Origin: Octopus vulgaris
Lineage: Eukaryota
DNA length: 64,000 nucleotides
Assembly: GCA_951406725.2 (NCBI GenBank)
Contig: OX597815.1
Span: 110,236,001 to 110,300,000, forward strand
Direction: 5' to 3'
The notes under the pieces: generated by a model
What the model was told of the DNA's origin: nothing
The model's database searches: none
Seen by the model: the letters and a program-made list of their open reading frames with translations, nothing else
In this document: positions 40,616 to 54,860 of the stretch, piece by piece
Position numbering within the stretch: the stretch's first letter is position 1
How the letters are laid out: the number at the start of each line of letters is the position of its first letter
Position numbers and translations under genes: made by a program

Positions 40616-43600
40616 GTGTGTTTGTATGTGTTTCTCATTTTGTCACAAGGGCATAAATTTGTTAGCCCGATAGTGTCGGTCGACACCGGTACAGATGGGG
40701 GAGTTTATTTTCCATAAACTCATTTTATTGGAACTAATGGGATGAATTAGCAATCATTGCAACATTCGATAGACTCCTTTCTGGTATTTTTTCCGGCTTT
40801 CTGCACCTCTTATCTAAATTTCACCGATGTCAAATTCTACAAACTTTCATTCGCCGCAAAATGGAACTTATGAGTGCTTCTCAACAATGAAGAAACTCTA
40901 GTACCAAAAGCAACCCCTGTATCTCCTTCACATCAATATACATAAAGTTAAAATCTGCACTCAAAGGAGTAACTCAGCAGGATTAGAACAAAGTTCAAAT
41001 ATAGATGAAAGAGTCCACACATGATTTATATATATATATATATTTAAAACGATATCTAACATAGAAGCACAAGTTTTGGGGAATCTATGGCAGTTAATAT
41101 CGAACCGAAGAATGATTAGCGCGTTATTTTATCGATACCAGCAGAATTGAAACAGAATATTAACTGAAAGACCTAAATACTGCAAGGGAATTCTCCTTCC
41201 CTCTTTGAGCCCTTAATTGCTGATGGAGTTATCGGGTTTTCGTCATAACATACGCGTCATGGTCATTTACTTCCAAGTTTGATTAGAGTCGATTTCTTTC
41301 AGAGAGATGTAATAGTCTCCAATACTGAACTGGCAATTTACTGATCGAACCTGAAAGGATGAAAGACAAAAATATTGTTTCCGAAATTTGGACGCAGGAA
41401 TGCACCACGAAAACTACAAGTCATTCTGCCCGATGCTGTTTTGAACCACCTAATTCATCGCCTTGAAGGAATTTTATACGGAATTTTTATCGATTCAGGC
41501 ATTTATGAAACTGAATTACTTTCATTATTAAGATAGTTTACTTATGCTTATGTACTAGGATATTTCATAATACATATTCATACTAATGTTTCATACTTAT
41601 AATTCATTATTGCCAACAGAATAACTAAAGGCAAAACTAAATGCACAGTAATCAAAATTATGTAATTTTGTGTTTCTCATATTGTAGGGAAGAGATATGA
41701 AGATTGAAAGGTGGATGAACAAATTGTTATAATTTTACAAGATTATTGAAATTCTAAAACTTGTTCAGCACAATGGAGAAGGAAGGAAAATGAAATTATG
41801 TTGTATCTGTTCTGTCTTTTCATTAAAAAAGCCTGTTAGTAATAAAACATTTCCCTCATATTTTTAAAAGGAAATATTGTGCTAATTGATAATACACTTA
41901 ACAACTTGGTATGTGTAATTCAAAGGGGCACTGCAAAAGAAACCAGTTTTGTATTGCATAGAATTTCATATGTGCTTATGGGCTGCTGACTCCCTTATTT
42001 ATATGACTGAAACGAGATCATCAATGATGCATTATGAAGTTGCTTACTAGTAGAAATCGAGTTAAAACAGTATCCAAACCTTCCTCAAATTACACTAAAC
42101 CATCTAAAAAAATCAAAAGCAAAAACGTTGGATAATTTTATCTTACATACACTATGTCTGAAAAGAAAATGACTGGATGATAAGAAATAGAGGAATTTCG
42201 ATCACAGGTTTCCTCCATCTGCAGCTAATGATAAACATCAACGTAAATCTGAATATATCTTTGCAATTACATAGAATCTGACCGTCGGACATGACAATAG
42301 AAGGAAATTGTTTTTGTTTTAAATCCTTGTTGTAGACGCGTTTGTGCATGCAATAATAAATGCGCTCGTGTATTTTGCATATTGAAACATGTTAACTATT
42401 TTGTTTAGATAATAAACTAAAGAGTGATCATTAAGTATACTTACAATTAGATTTGTGACTCTGTTCTAAATCCTGCGAGATTATGTCTAGACAAATTAGT
42501 TTCTTGAATACACTTAGTGATGATTTAATGCTGTAGTAAGAAATATGTAAATGTTAGTGTGAACATAATACTTAGAAATGCAAATTACATCATTCTGCAA
42601 TGTTGTTAAGTAGATTAAAGATAAAAATTATAATCTTTAGACATGCTGCAGTGTAGTATTTTGCGTTTAATTTTTTTTAAATTTTATACTCCACTTGATT
42701 TTATAACTGCTAATTATACAGATAGTGTGAAAGAAAATATCGACTAAATTCCAAATTTCTCAAAATGCTATACACCTAGGGAGCATTTTTTAATAAATTT
42801 TTAGTTTGAAGGAATATATTACAATAATAAAAGATAACATAATTCAACAGCTGTATCGACCATCGACTGGTTTGTCGTATTCCGCAAGTGAATCACATTA
42901 ATTGTTATCAAGATGAGAATTATCATAACTTAATTATTTTAAGAATTTTTGTTAATCATTCATAATACTGACACATACACCAAAAAAAAAAAAAAATAGA
43001 TAGACTACAATGCATTTTTGAAACCACAAAAATTTGAAACCAAATGTCAGTTTATAATTAGGAAAAAAAACGAAAATGGTTGGAAATTTGTGATGGGCCA
43101 AATAATTAAGGAACCCACGCTGTATTTCGATAAGGCGTAAGTAAATATCATACATACTTTCTCACCAAAATTATATATTAGAAGCCAAGAGGACAACAAA
43201 ATATCAGGCTAAATCATTTGATTTTGTTAGATGTTGCCAAAATAGTCTTCTCCGTTTACCATTCTCGAAAAATTGGTAAGTTTCAGACATTCTTTATATG
43301 AAATATTTTAATGTTTCTTCAACTGAAGTATATATTCTTCAGATATATCTGCGTACTTCCCTCAACACACACAAACACACACGTGTGCATATATATGTAT
43401 ATATATATGTGTGTGTGTATATATACGTGTCATAGTCAATTTTATATATATATATATATGTTTGTGTGTATGTATGTATGTATGTATGTATGTATGTATG
43501 TATGTATGTATGTATGTATGTATGCATATACACATTTATCTATATCTATCTATTTATCCATATAAGCAAAAGCACAAAAGAAGCTTCGCACACATACTGA

Positions 43601-43629
43601 ATACAAACCGGTTTATTAACAGACTGCTA

Positions 43630-44440
43630 TAGTGACGAGTGCTAACTAAGAAAAAGTTCTTTCCCAATGATAAAACGTCATTTCCTGAAACATGCTTGAC
43701 GTTGCATGGTATCACGTGATGACGGAGTGTCCTGGATCCAAAGAGATGAACACCATCTCTTGTGTGACCACCGTTAGCGTTGATTACCACCAGACATCTT
43801 CTGTACATTGAATGCACCAAACGATTGATGAAGTCCATGGTTGTAGCAGTTAAAACTTGCAGTGAGTTGTGCCGCAGTTGTCATTTAGCCTTGTTTGGAT
43901 TTCGTCCTACAGGTGCTTTATGAGGTTCAAGTCCGGATTTAGGACGTGCCATGGCAGTGTCTGGCTGTTGTGCTCTTCGAGGAAGTCTGTTGTTAACATT
44001 TGGTCGTTGTAGCGAGCAGCAGTTACTCCATTGCCCCGGCCTTGGCCGATGTTTTAGAAGACCACCGGTCCAAGTTTCTGATTGAGTGCAATCCTGCTCC
44101 CTACCATGAAGTTCTGTCCCCCTCATGAGTCTCTCTCCATCACACGGCCATGTGAATGACGTTCACATCTTCTCCAAACTCTAGCTCTGCCATCTGCCAT
44201 CTGCCACAGAAATGCAATATCGTCAGAGAAGACTACATTCCTCCACTGCTGATAGTTCATTTCGTGCAGCATGTGTGTCATAAAGATGCATTCGCGTGCA
44301 TTACTATGTTCACGAAAAGTGAGCGAGTTCCAACCCTACAGGCAAACCTTGGATTTCCAAAAGAGTGTAGTGTTGTAAGTCAGTGACATGTTCCTTATGT
44401 CAAATTAACTAGAACTGTGATAAGCTCCATACAAATTCAA
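43630..44440 (-). mobile_element. Decayed Tc1-like transposon
   Basis: Minus frames PW..LNPDLNLIKHL (WP..SPDLNPIEHL) and INRLVHSMYRRCLVVINANGGHT (Tc1 C-terminus); ends uncertain. Confidence 0.8.
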
Positions 44441-45399
44441 TATTGTGTTTGAAGCAAATAATCTTTTACAGTACGACGTTTCTTTTGTAGTTCATATATA
44501 TGTGTGTGTGTGTGCATACACACACACACGGGCGCGCACATACATTCATACATTCGTACATGCATACTTACATGAACACTGTCTCGCCTGGTCTGTGACA
44601 TTCAGATGTTCTTTCACTCTCGAACTCTTTTGGGAAGCTATCTCCGGACCCTATATCATAGTAAATTTGGCGTATAAGCGAACACATCATATGCGACTGA
44701 TAATATTTACATTATTTCAGCTGCTTTTAATTCGTAATTTAATTTTATAGATATCGACTTTATTCGTGAAATATGCATTAAAAATATCCTTAAGGAAGCA
44801 ATACTGAGAATGCAACAGTGAATATAAAGGTACAAGATATTACAGCTGGATGCTTATTTAATCAGCAATTCAACAATGAAACAATTTCAGCGCAATAACA
44901 ACTCAAGAATATGAATAATGCAAATGATAAAATGTCATATGGCGTTTCACCCGGAGAACTTTTAAGTTCAGTTATCAACACTCTTTTGATAAATGGTAAC
45001 AAATATAGCTTGAAGAAAGGCAACACGAAGAGAGTCTAAGAGTGCATTTTATGATTTGCATGTATCTGCGATTTTGTGAAGAAACCTACTTTCTAGATAA
45101 TATCCGTAATATGGAGTCCAAGGAAATCAATGTGTAGAGAATTACGTGACAAACAGAGAAAACCGAAAATACATTGGCCACATTTCTGCCGACATTTTTA
45201 GAATAATACGGTTCGTTTACTTTTAAAACGTACCGAACACACACACGCACAGAGGCTCTCTCGCATGCACACACACGCACAGAGGCTCTCTCGCATACAC
45301 GCACACGCACACACGCACACGCACGACCGCACACGCACACACGCACACACGCGCGCACGGCCGCACACTCTCACACGCACACAAATTGAGACGCACTAG

Positions 45400-45960
45400 C
45401 ATCTACTCCTCCCAGGTCACACACAACATGACCCTCAGTCATTATGAAGCAACCTTTGCCACCCCCACAACCAAACTCACGGCCTTCTTCCTACTGGCCC
45501 CTGTGATTCCAAGCATTCTGTATGCTTTTTATGCGGTCCTCTCAGGAATGAAGAGATCTAACAAAACCACCTATTTGGATACTTCTAAGATCAGCACAAT
45601 ATTAAGCCTCAATAATGTCGAAAAGACAGTTTCTGAGAACTTCCCCCGCTTCCCTAAGCGGACTTTCAGCTCTCAGTCATTCATTGTTTCAATTTGGACT
45701 AAAAAGGTGAACTTCGCAGCTTACGCCTTCTTGCTGACTCTCACAATAGCGATAACTATTTTAGTTGTGAGGAGGTGCTTGCAATGGCAAATTCCACTCC
45801 GACTGGTCTATAACAATGTAAAGCTATCACACCTGCAAGTAGTAGCTTGCCCTCTCTGAGGCTGTTGAGCATCTAATGTGGATGTCCTCCTGGCGTACTC
45901 CCCTCAAACACAAGGGATAAACTGATATCTTCAGCATTCCCCAGTAGAATAAGTTGGATA
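45400..45960 (-). mobile_element. Decayed 3' fragment of a HERO-like RLE non-LTR retrotransposon
   Basis: Minus frame D*ELKVRLGKRGKFSETVFSTLLRLNIVLILEVSK*VVLLDLFIP, later AYRMLGITGASRKKAV; resembles the DW.L.VDLG..L.FP....T.LRPDIVL.S...K.V.LLEL.VP motif (recalled, not searched). Confidence 0.65.
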
Positions 45961-46168
45961 TGTAAATAAATTCAAGGTTATTATAACCAGTTTTCAATTA
46001 CAAGTCATGTATTTCTCCCAAGACAGTATTCCTCAAATAATTTGAAGCATAGATGTATGATGTGATGTTATGAGAAAATTTCTGCCTGTTCTCTCGAAAC
46101 ACAATTGTTAATAATATGCACGTATGCTTATAGATTCTACATTTATATATATACATATACATATATAA

Positions 46169-46282
<114 letters not shown>

Positions 46283-46720
46283 TATATACAACAATGTTTA
46301 TGTATACGAGTGTATGTAAATATATAAATATTTAATGTATACTTATATATATATATATGTACATATATATATAATGGTCTTCATGAGAAAATTATTTTAG
46401 CATCTCCTACAATATCTTATTTTCCTTATACATATCAACTCGTATGTTCCTATTCAACCTTCTACACACACACACACGCGCGCGCGCGCATATATATATA
46501 TATATACATACGTACACATACACACAGACACACACACACACACATATATATATATATGTATATACATACATAGACACATCTGTAAATACAAACACATCTA
46601 TTTATCTATCTCGTTCTATGTGTGGGTGCATGTTTGTGTATGCCTCTATACGTGTGTCCGCATACAAAGGAAGATTAATACATGAAGTGAATAAATATTG
46701 CTAAGCTTACTGGAATGATG

Positions 46721-46755
<35 letters not shown>

Positions 46756-47370
46756 ACATAGATACATATATATATATATATAACTGTATAAAAGAGAAAG
46801 CGGGAGAGAAACAATCTGATAGTGATACATATATTACAGGGAAAAGTTGAGACACAGGAGGAACAGAAAGGAGAGAAAGGTAGAATGAATATAGCAAAGG
46901 AATAAATTAGTAGAAAGTGTAAAACAACGAAAGCAAGGAAAAAAGAGAAAAAAAAAGAAAAAGTAGAACTTGTAAAACATAAAGATAGGTAGAACAGAAA
47001 GCTATACAATAGAAAACCTCCACATATACACATAATAGAAATTCGCCACAAAGCTTTCGAGTAACGTATTCAACACCAAAAGATTTATGTTTATTGCCAT
47101 TATCGGTATGCTATGAATCGGAAAAGGTAAAATAAAAAGTGCTACACCTGAATTATACCATTATACATCATTCAGATACATTTCTTTTGAAAGCACATCT
47201 ACATATATCTTTATCAGAATATATTTGGGTGTGTGTGTTTGTGTGTATGTGTGTGTGTGTGCGTATGTGTGTACGCGTGCGTATGTATGAGCGTGCGTCG
47301 GGCGTGCGTGTATATATATATGTGTGTGTGTGCGTGTGTGTGTATTTATGTATGTATATAAATCTCTGTG

Positions 47371-47434
<64 letters not shown>

Positions 47435-47625
47435 TACACATATATTTATATATATATACATATATCTATAGATACTCTTTTATACAAGTGTATAGGCGGA
47501 TATACACATCAATACCAACGTATACATACGTACGTACAGACATACATACATAGAGATATACATGCACACACAAACACACACCACCAGACTCACACACAAG
47601 CATATATATATATATATATACATAC

Positions 47626-47708
<83 letters not shown>

Positions 47709-48434
47709 CACACACATCATAAATATTATGAGCTGTTTTGTATGAGCTTCTTGATGCATGCGTATAATTTTTAACGACCGTATTTGGTTGTACGATGTGT
47801 TTTATATTAGAAGTTAAGTCTTTTCACTGAATTCTCGCCATGAAAGCAAAAGTTGGGATATAAACTGCGCAGGCTTGTCTCTATGCCATATGTTCGTATC
47901 ATGTTGTTAATGTGTGTGCTTAGACATGAGTGTGCCTATGTATGTATGTATGTATGTATGTATGTATGTATGTATGTATGTGTGCATGTATGTATGTGTG
48001 TATGTATGTATGAATGTATGTATGTATGTGTGCATGTATGTATGTATGTATGTATGTGTGTATGTATGTATGAATGTATGTAAGTACGTTTATATGTATG
48101 TACGTATGTATGTGCGTATGTATATGCGTATGTATGCGTGTGAGTGTAGGTATACACACAGACATACAAACACACTCAGACATACAAACACACACACTCA
48201 TTTATATATGTGTATATATATATATACATATGTATATATATATATATATACAAGTGTATATATATGTATATACATGCATATATATATGTGTGTGTGTATT
48301 TAACGGCATATGCGTAATATCCATAACAGATCTGCATGCATAGAAAGATAGATTGATAGATAGATAGATAAATAGATAGATAGATGTGCAGCACTCAGAT
48401 ACACATATATGAATATGTCTCTGTTTGTACTTTG

Positions 48435-48491
<57 letters not shown>

Positions 48492-48917
48492 GCATATATA
48501 TATATATATTCGTGAATGTATGTATATTTAAATATATAGCCCAAAATAATTTACTTAACAACGCATCACAAGTGTTCTACATGCTAGTATCTAGTGTAAT
48601 ACATGCATTGATATGCTAATTATAAATGCTCATTGATGTTCCTCGTTGTGTGTGTTTGCGTATAACTGTCTGTGTGTGCGTGTGGGCATGTATGCGTATA
48701 TATTTACTTATGAATATATCTCATATAGGCGTATATATATGTGTGTATAAATAAATTTAAATACACATATATACACATATATTCATGTGTACACACACAC
48801 ATATACATATATACATATATATATATATATGGGCATAAATGTGTTTGTGTGTATAGGAGTGCGTATATATATATATAAGCACACACAAACATGTGTGTAT
48901 AAATTCGAAGGGGTCTA

Positions 48918-49120
48918 TCTTTTCTACTCTAGGTACAATGCCCGAAATTTTGGGGGAGGAGCCAGTCGATTATATCGACGCCGGTACGCGACTGGTACTT
49001 AGTTTATCGATGAAAGGCAAAGTCAACCTCGGCGGAATTTGAACTCAGAACGTAAAGACAGACGAAATACTGCTAAGCATTTCGCCCGGCGGGCCAACGT
49101 TTCTGCCAGCTCACCGCCTT
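48918..49120 (-). mobile_element. SINE family B
   Basis: GAAAGGCAAAGTCAACCTCGGCGGAATTTGAACTCAGAACG..GCCAGCTCACCGCCTT. Confidence 0.88.
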
Positions 49121-49499
49121 CCGAGGGCGCCTATCTGATTAAAGCATCTGGTCATGAGTTGACAAGTCACTAATATATTCTCGATATTTGAAGCAGCGTA
49201 TTATATAGCCTCGGGTATGAATATTTGATATAAGTCGATCCTCGGCTCACCATCATTTTTGTGACTTGGAAAGACTGTTGATCAATATAGGCTACCATCT
49301 ATATGAACTGGAAAGTTCTGATGGCGTCTCAATGCCATCAATGGGATTATAGGTCTATATACCCTAGTGCGGCCGCAATATATATCAATGCCACTGGTAC
49401 CGCAAACAAAAAAGAAAGTTCAATTTTTTTTACGTGGTACATCTTGGGGGATTTTAACTGAGTGTAAATCTCAAGATTTATAACTCAGTGTAACTTCAG

Positions 49500-50783
49500 A
49501 TTGTCATAGTTTTTTTTTTAATATTCTTCTTTCTCTTTGATCCTGTTGTTACCGGGATATACTATGTCGATTATCATACATATTCTTTCTTTTTTTATTT
49601 ACCACAACAATGTCCCGTTTCTGAAGTCTGGTTAGGTAATCGCACTGACGCATTGCATCCCACAGTATTTTGCAATTCTTATTCTCGCTAATTCCTGGGG
49701 TTTGCTCATACCAAGTCTTTGCTCTTTGAAGGCCGTGATTTTCACAGAGCTTCCAATGGATCATTCTTGCCACATTATCAGTCGTTTTTGTATGCGAATT
49801 GGACCAATTTAGGGCATTCGCTAACGATGTACCATACCGTTTTACTCCTCTCACCACCTGTTCTGCTTTTGTCCCTGTCGGTAGTGTTGTCTGTCTGCAC
49901 TTCACATAGTTAGTTCTTAACGCTTGTGCTTGAGCTGCGCATATGAGTGTCTGCCGCTATCTTCAGGTCATTCCTCCTCACTCATAACCACTGGTCTTCT
50001 GTATCTATCTTGACGTCCGTATCTCTTGCAAACTGTCGGCACATTTTTTCTCCTTCTATGCTGTTTCATTTTTTGTGTCTTCTCTCTCAGTCCTTGATAA
50101 TTAGATTATGAATTAACAGCTGTTCCTTCGTCCCCCGTGTCCTCTTTCAGCATCCTCTCTGTTCAACAGGTAGCAGCCCACTGTTTTCAAGTATCTATAC
50201 AATTCAACAGCCAACGCACATGACATTAGTTTCCACAGCTGAAGGCACGTTATTGGTCTACAGTTGGATACAACATTTCCCTTTTCAGGATCCTTGGCTC
50301 ACAACAAATTCTTTACTTTTGTCATCCAGATGGGTACCGCAAGCACTCATCTAGCTGTTGCGCTACCTTTTCATGGAGCCCTCTCAGCTTTTTCGTCTAA
50401 TAAACTTGGACCCCATCCGATCCTGGGCTCTTCCACTTGGAAAATGTTTTAACTACTTTTTATCATTTCTATAATTATCTTATATCTTTATTGCCCTTTT
50501 CATGTAGTCACTCCGTATCATCATTATACTTTACAGGTTGGTCCCAGATCCCTCTCTAGAACGCCTTGCTTTCTTCTGTATCGGGTATCATTGTTACGTG
50601 TAATTGCCCAAATAGTTCCTGAAACAGTTTCTTTTGATTTGCTTCAAACAATCTGTTTTGCCAGAATAGTTTTGTTCTATTGTCATATCTTTCCAGTTTT
50701 GCTTTGATCGCTACTAATCTTTGTTTCATTTCTTCCAATCTCACATCATATCCTATATTCCTTATTCTATATGTTCTTTCCAA

Positions 50784-50784
<1 letters not shown>
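49500..50784 (-). mobile_element. Old, internally deleted R4/Dong-like LINE (family 3)
   Basis: LEEMKQRLVAIKAKLERYD..FWQNRLFEANQKKLFQEL (pre-RT region) and NVARMIHWKLC..CKILWD..DIVVVNK (RLE region). Confidence 0.75.
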
Positions 50785-50862
<78 letters not shown>

Positions 50863-51191
50863 GAGTGAGAGAGCAGTGCATGCCATCAAAGTGACACTGG
50901 GGTAAAATATACGAAGCCCAATATACCCATCATGACTACCCGTCTGATAAAGGTACACCAGGCACATGCATCACAACAATATGTGCGCGACATGGTGATC
51001 TCATATCAAGATAAACAGCACATGACCTTGCAGGTGGGGCCCAGTTAGAATTTTCTTCAGGTTGAGTAGCCCATCCCGCTCAAAAGGTCTCTGAATAAGG
51101 GTTATTTAAGGATGTTGAAAGAACCACCCATGTTTCCAGAGGTGAATTATTCAAACCCCAAAGAATCCCCCCCAACACATGGCCATGATGC

Positions 51192-51192
<1 letters not shown>
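50863..51192 (-). mobile_element. 5'-truncated (TAA)n-tailed non-coding element, flanked by TAA arrays
   Basis: Homologous to 32652-32972. Confidence 0.75.
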
Positions 51193-51224
<32 letters not shown>

Positions 51225-51255
51225 CATCATTATTATTATTATTATTATTATTATT

Positions 51256-51850
51256 CTATGTTTGACTTTTGCTTTATGTCTGTACAAGTTGGCTCCAAGT
51301 CTCACCCAGAGACCTCAAGAGACAACAGGTTGGAAGTTCTGTGCCATATATTTGGGGTTTTTTTTTTTTTTTGGTGTTGTACTAGTGAATGTCTAATACA
51401 TAAAATAAAATTTTTAAAAAAATAAATAAAATAAATAAATAAATAAATAAATAAATAAAAGTTTGTTTTAAACCTTGGGATTACATAGAGAGTATTTTGC
51501 GTAGGATATGAGCAGTCCCATGAGCACTATCTTTTGAATTTCTGCCATTTTGGGGTTTCCTGGTATCTGAGTTAGGTAGCAATTAGTCCCTTTCGCTATC
51601 ATTCCCAGGGCACCTATGACAACAAGTATTGTTTTAGTCTTCAGCTTCCACATTTTGCTGATTTCTATTTCAAGATCTTTATATTTGCTCAGTTTTTGGT
51701 AGGTCTTGACAGATACGTTTATATCGATTGGGACAGTCATATCAATGAGGAGGCATGTTCTTTGTCTGAAGTCTTTCAATATGATGTCTGGCCTATTTGC
51801 ATCTATCTTCCTGTCAGTTTGAATGGTGAAGTTCCAAAGGAGTGAGATTT
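51256..51850 (-). mobile_element. 5'-truncated R4/Dong-like LINE (family 2): RLE domain plus 3' UTR
   Basis: LLWNFTIQTDRKIDANRPDIILKD..LLIDMTVP..KLSKYKDLEIEISKMW; diverged from family 1 and with a different 3' UTR; TAA repeats on both sides. Confidence 0.88.
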
Positions 51851-51869
51851 TATTATTATTATTATTATT

Positions 51870-53946
51870 CAGTAGTTTTATTTTTATAGCGTGCTTTGAC
51901 TTCACTACCGAGCGCAGCTCTGTGTGCCTTGGGTATGTGCTGTGATTTGTTGTGATGCTCTGATGGTTATTGTATGGAAAGTGTTCTGCGTAGGATGTGT
52001 GCAGTGCCTAGTAGTGCAATTTTCTGTATGTTATATGTGTTTGTAAGTCCTGGTGTTTTTGTTATGTATTTGTCTGAATATTTTTTATCATGCCTAATGC
52101 AACTACTATGATAGGAATTGTTTCTGTTTTCAGATTCCACATTCTAGTTACCTCCATTTCCAGGTCTTTGTATTTTGAGAGTTTCTCCATTTCTTTTAGA
52201 GACACGTTGTCATCAGCCGGTATCGATACATCAATTAGAAAGCATTTTTTTCTTCATGGTCTCTGACAACTATATCTGGTCTGTTGGCCTTAATTTCCCT
52301 ATCTGTGTGTATCGGCATATCCCAGAGTATGGTTGCTTTCTCGTTTTCTGTGACCTTTTCTGGTGTGTGCCTATACCATCTTTTTTCTGTTGTTATTCCA
52401 TAATGTTGGCATAGCTTCCAATGTATGTAAGTTCCAACTCTGTCATGTCTGTGAATATATTCCTTCTTAGCCAGGACTGGGCAGCTAGAGATAATATGAT
52501 TTATTGTTTCTTGTCCATCTCCACATATTCTGCAGTTACTTGTAATATTTCTTTTCATTACATGTTTTTGGTAATTTCTGGTGGGGAGGCTTTGGTCTTG
52601 TGCTGCAATTAAAAATCCCTCTGTTTCTGCTTTGAGTCCTGAGCTTCTCAACCATTGCTGGGATTTTTCTTTGTCTATTTCTTTTGCGTTTAGTTTACCA
52701 TGAAGGGGCTTTTCTTGCCATCGTTTTATCATGGTTCGTTGCTGTTCTATTTTTAGTTTGGATTTCATTTGTTTTATAGCTTTTTGTTGTTTCTTCATCT
52801 TCTTCTTCTTCTTCTTCTTCTTCTTCTTCTTCTTCTTCTTCTTCTTCTTCTTCTTCTTCTTCTTCTTCTTCTTCTTCTTCTTCTTCTTCATGTTTATTAG
52901 GTGGTATGATTTCTTGTTTGTATTTGTCAGCTTCCTTAAATACTGAGAACAGTTTTTTGTTTTGCTCGTGTTTTGCCGCTATCTGGATCAGTTTTCCTTC
53001 CTTCTGAAGTAGATATTTTTGCAGTCCTATGGTGGTTATTTTATTGTAGTTTTCCAGCTGTATAAGGCCTCTACCACCTTCTATACGTTGTATATATAGT
53101 CTTTCTATGTCAGATTTTGGGTGATGTATCCTAGATCCTGTCATTATTTTTTTTGTTTTCCTATCTATTTTGGTCAGTTCATTTCGTGTCCAGTTAAGGA
53201 TATTGTAGCTGTAACTTATAACTGGGACAGCTAAAGTGTTGATACCTATTATCTTGTTTTTAGCATTGAGCTCTGTGTTTAGTATTGATCTAACTCGTCT
53301 ATAATATTCTTTTTTATTTTCTCTTTCATTTGTGTGTGTTGTGTCTTATCTAGTTCATGGATTCCTAAGTATTTGTAAGTTTGGCTTTGGTCTAATCCTT
53401 TTATTTCATTGGTTTTATCTAGTGTGATGTTGTTACTCTTAACTAGTTTCCTTCTTTTCATGGTTACTTTGGCGCATTTTTCTAATCCAAATTTCATATC
53501 TATTTCTTTGGTAAATCCATGAACTGTCTTTAATAGTGTTTCCAGCTGTTTGTCATTTGCAGCGTATAGTTTTAAGTCATCCATATATAAAAGGTGGCTG
53601 ATCGTTTTGCCGTAACATTTATATCCGCATCCAGTTCTATTTAGCATATCAGATAGAGGTGACAGTGCCAAGCAGAAAAGGAGTGGAGAGAGCGTGTCTC
53701 CCTGGAATATTCCTCTTCTAATGAGGATGTCTTTGGTTTTCATGAGTCCCTCTTTTGTTTGGAGGTGTAGGACTGTTTGCCATTTATTCATAGAGTGCTC
53801 TATGAATTTTATGATTGTTGGTGCTACTTTGTTAATGGCTAGTGTTTCGAGGATCCATGTGTGGGGGATGATATCAAACGCCTTTTTGTAGTCAATCCAG
53901 GCCATACTGAGGCCTTTCTTCTTTCTGTGGCTGTCTTCAGTTATGG

Positions 53947-53950
<4 letters not shown>
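51870..53950 (-). mobile_element. About 2.1-kb 5'-truncated R4/Dong-like LINE (family 1): RT, Zn knuckle and RLE, with a few frameshifts
   Basis: WIDYKKAFD, RGIFQGDTLSPLLFC, HLLYMDDLK, YKYLG, GGRGL, CRICGDGQETINHIISSC, RHD, RPDIVV; 3' end nearly identical to 27500-28180. Confidence 0.95.
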
Positions 53951-54017
<67 letters not shown>

Positions 54018-54019
54018 GT

Positions 54020-54860
54020 AAGGCGGTGATGTGTCGGAATCGTTAGCACACCGGACATTTCGTCACTAAGTTCAAATTCCGCCGTGGTCAAATTTGTCTT
54101 TCATCCCTACGGGATCGATAAAATGAGTACCAGTTGAACTCTGAGAACGATGTAATCGACTTACCCACTCCCCTGAAATTGCTGGTCTTGTACCATAATT
54201 TGAAATCATGATTATTATCATTATTATCCTTATTACTAAATCGCTGAACAGATGTACTCGCTAGCGCGTCGAACAAAATGCTTAGCCACATCTTTTGTAT
54301 CTCTTTACAGTCTGAGTTCAAATGCCGCCGAGGTCAGCTTTCGTTTTCATTCTTTTGGGAAGTCGATAAAATAATACCAGTTGTGCACTGGGATTGATGT
54401 AAACGACTTGCTCACTCCCCCAAAATTGTTGGGCTTTTTCCAATATTTGAAACCATTATTATTATCTTTTCGGGATCAACAAACTAAGTTAACATTGATG
54501 TCAGTAAGTACTGATATGAATGTAATCGACTATCCCTCTCCTACTAAAGTTACTGGTCTTGCACCAAAATTTGAATCTATTATTAATTTGCTTTATTAAT
54601 TTTTGCCATTTTCCCAAAGAACACATTTTAAACTTCATTTAACATAGCTTCAAGGCGGTAAGCTGGCAAGATCGTCAGCATGCTGGACGAAATGCGTAGC
54701 GGTATTTAGCCTGTCACTACGTTCAAATTCTGCCGAGGTTGACTTTGCCTTTCATCCTTTCGGGTTCGATAAAATAGGTACCAGTTGAACCCTGGGATCG
54801 ATGTAATCGACTCATCCCCCCCCCTCAAGCTGCCCTTGTTGCAAAAATTTGAAATAACTA
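54020..54860 (+). mobile_element. Cluster of three to four SINE family B copies separated by short (ATT)n tails
   Basis: Heads AAGGCGG at 54020 and 54652; repeated GTTCAAAT.CCGCCG.GGT and GATGTAATCGACT. Confidence 0.8.
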
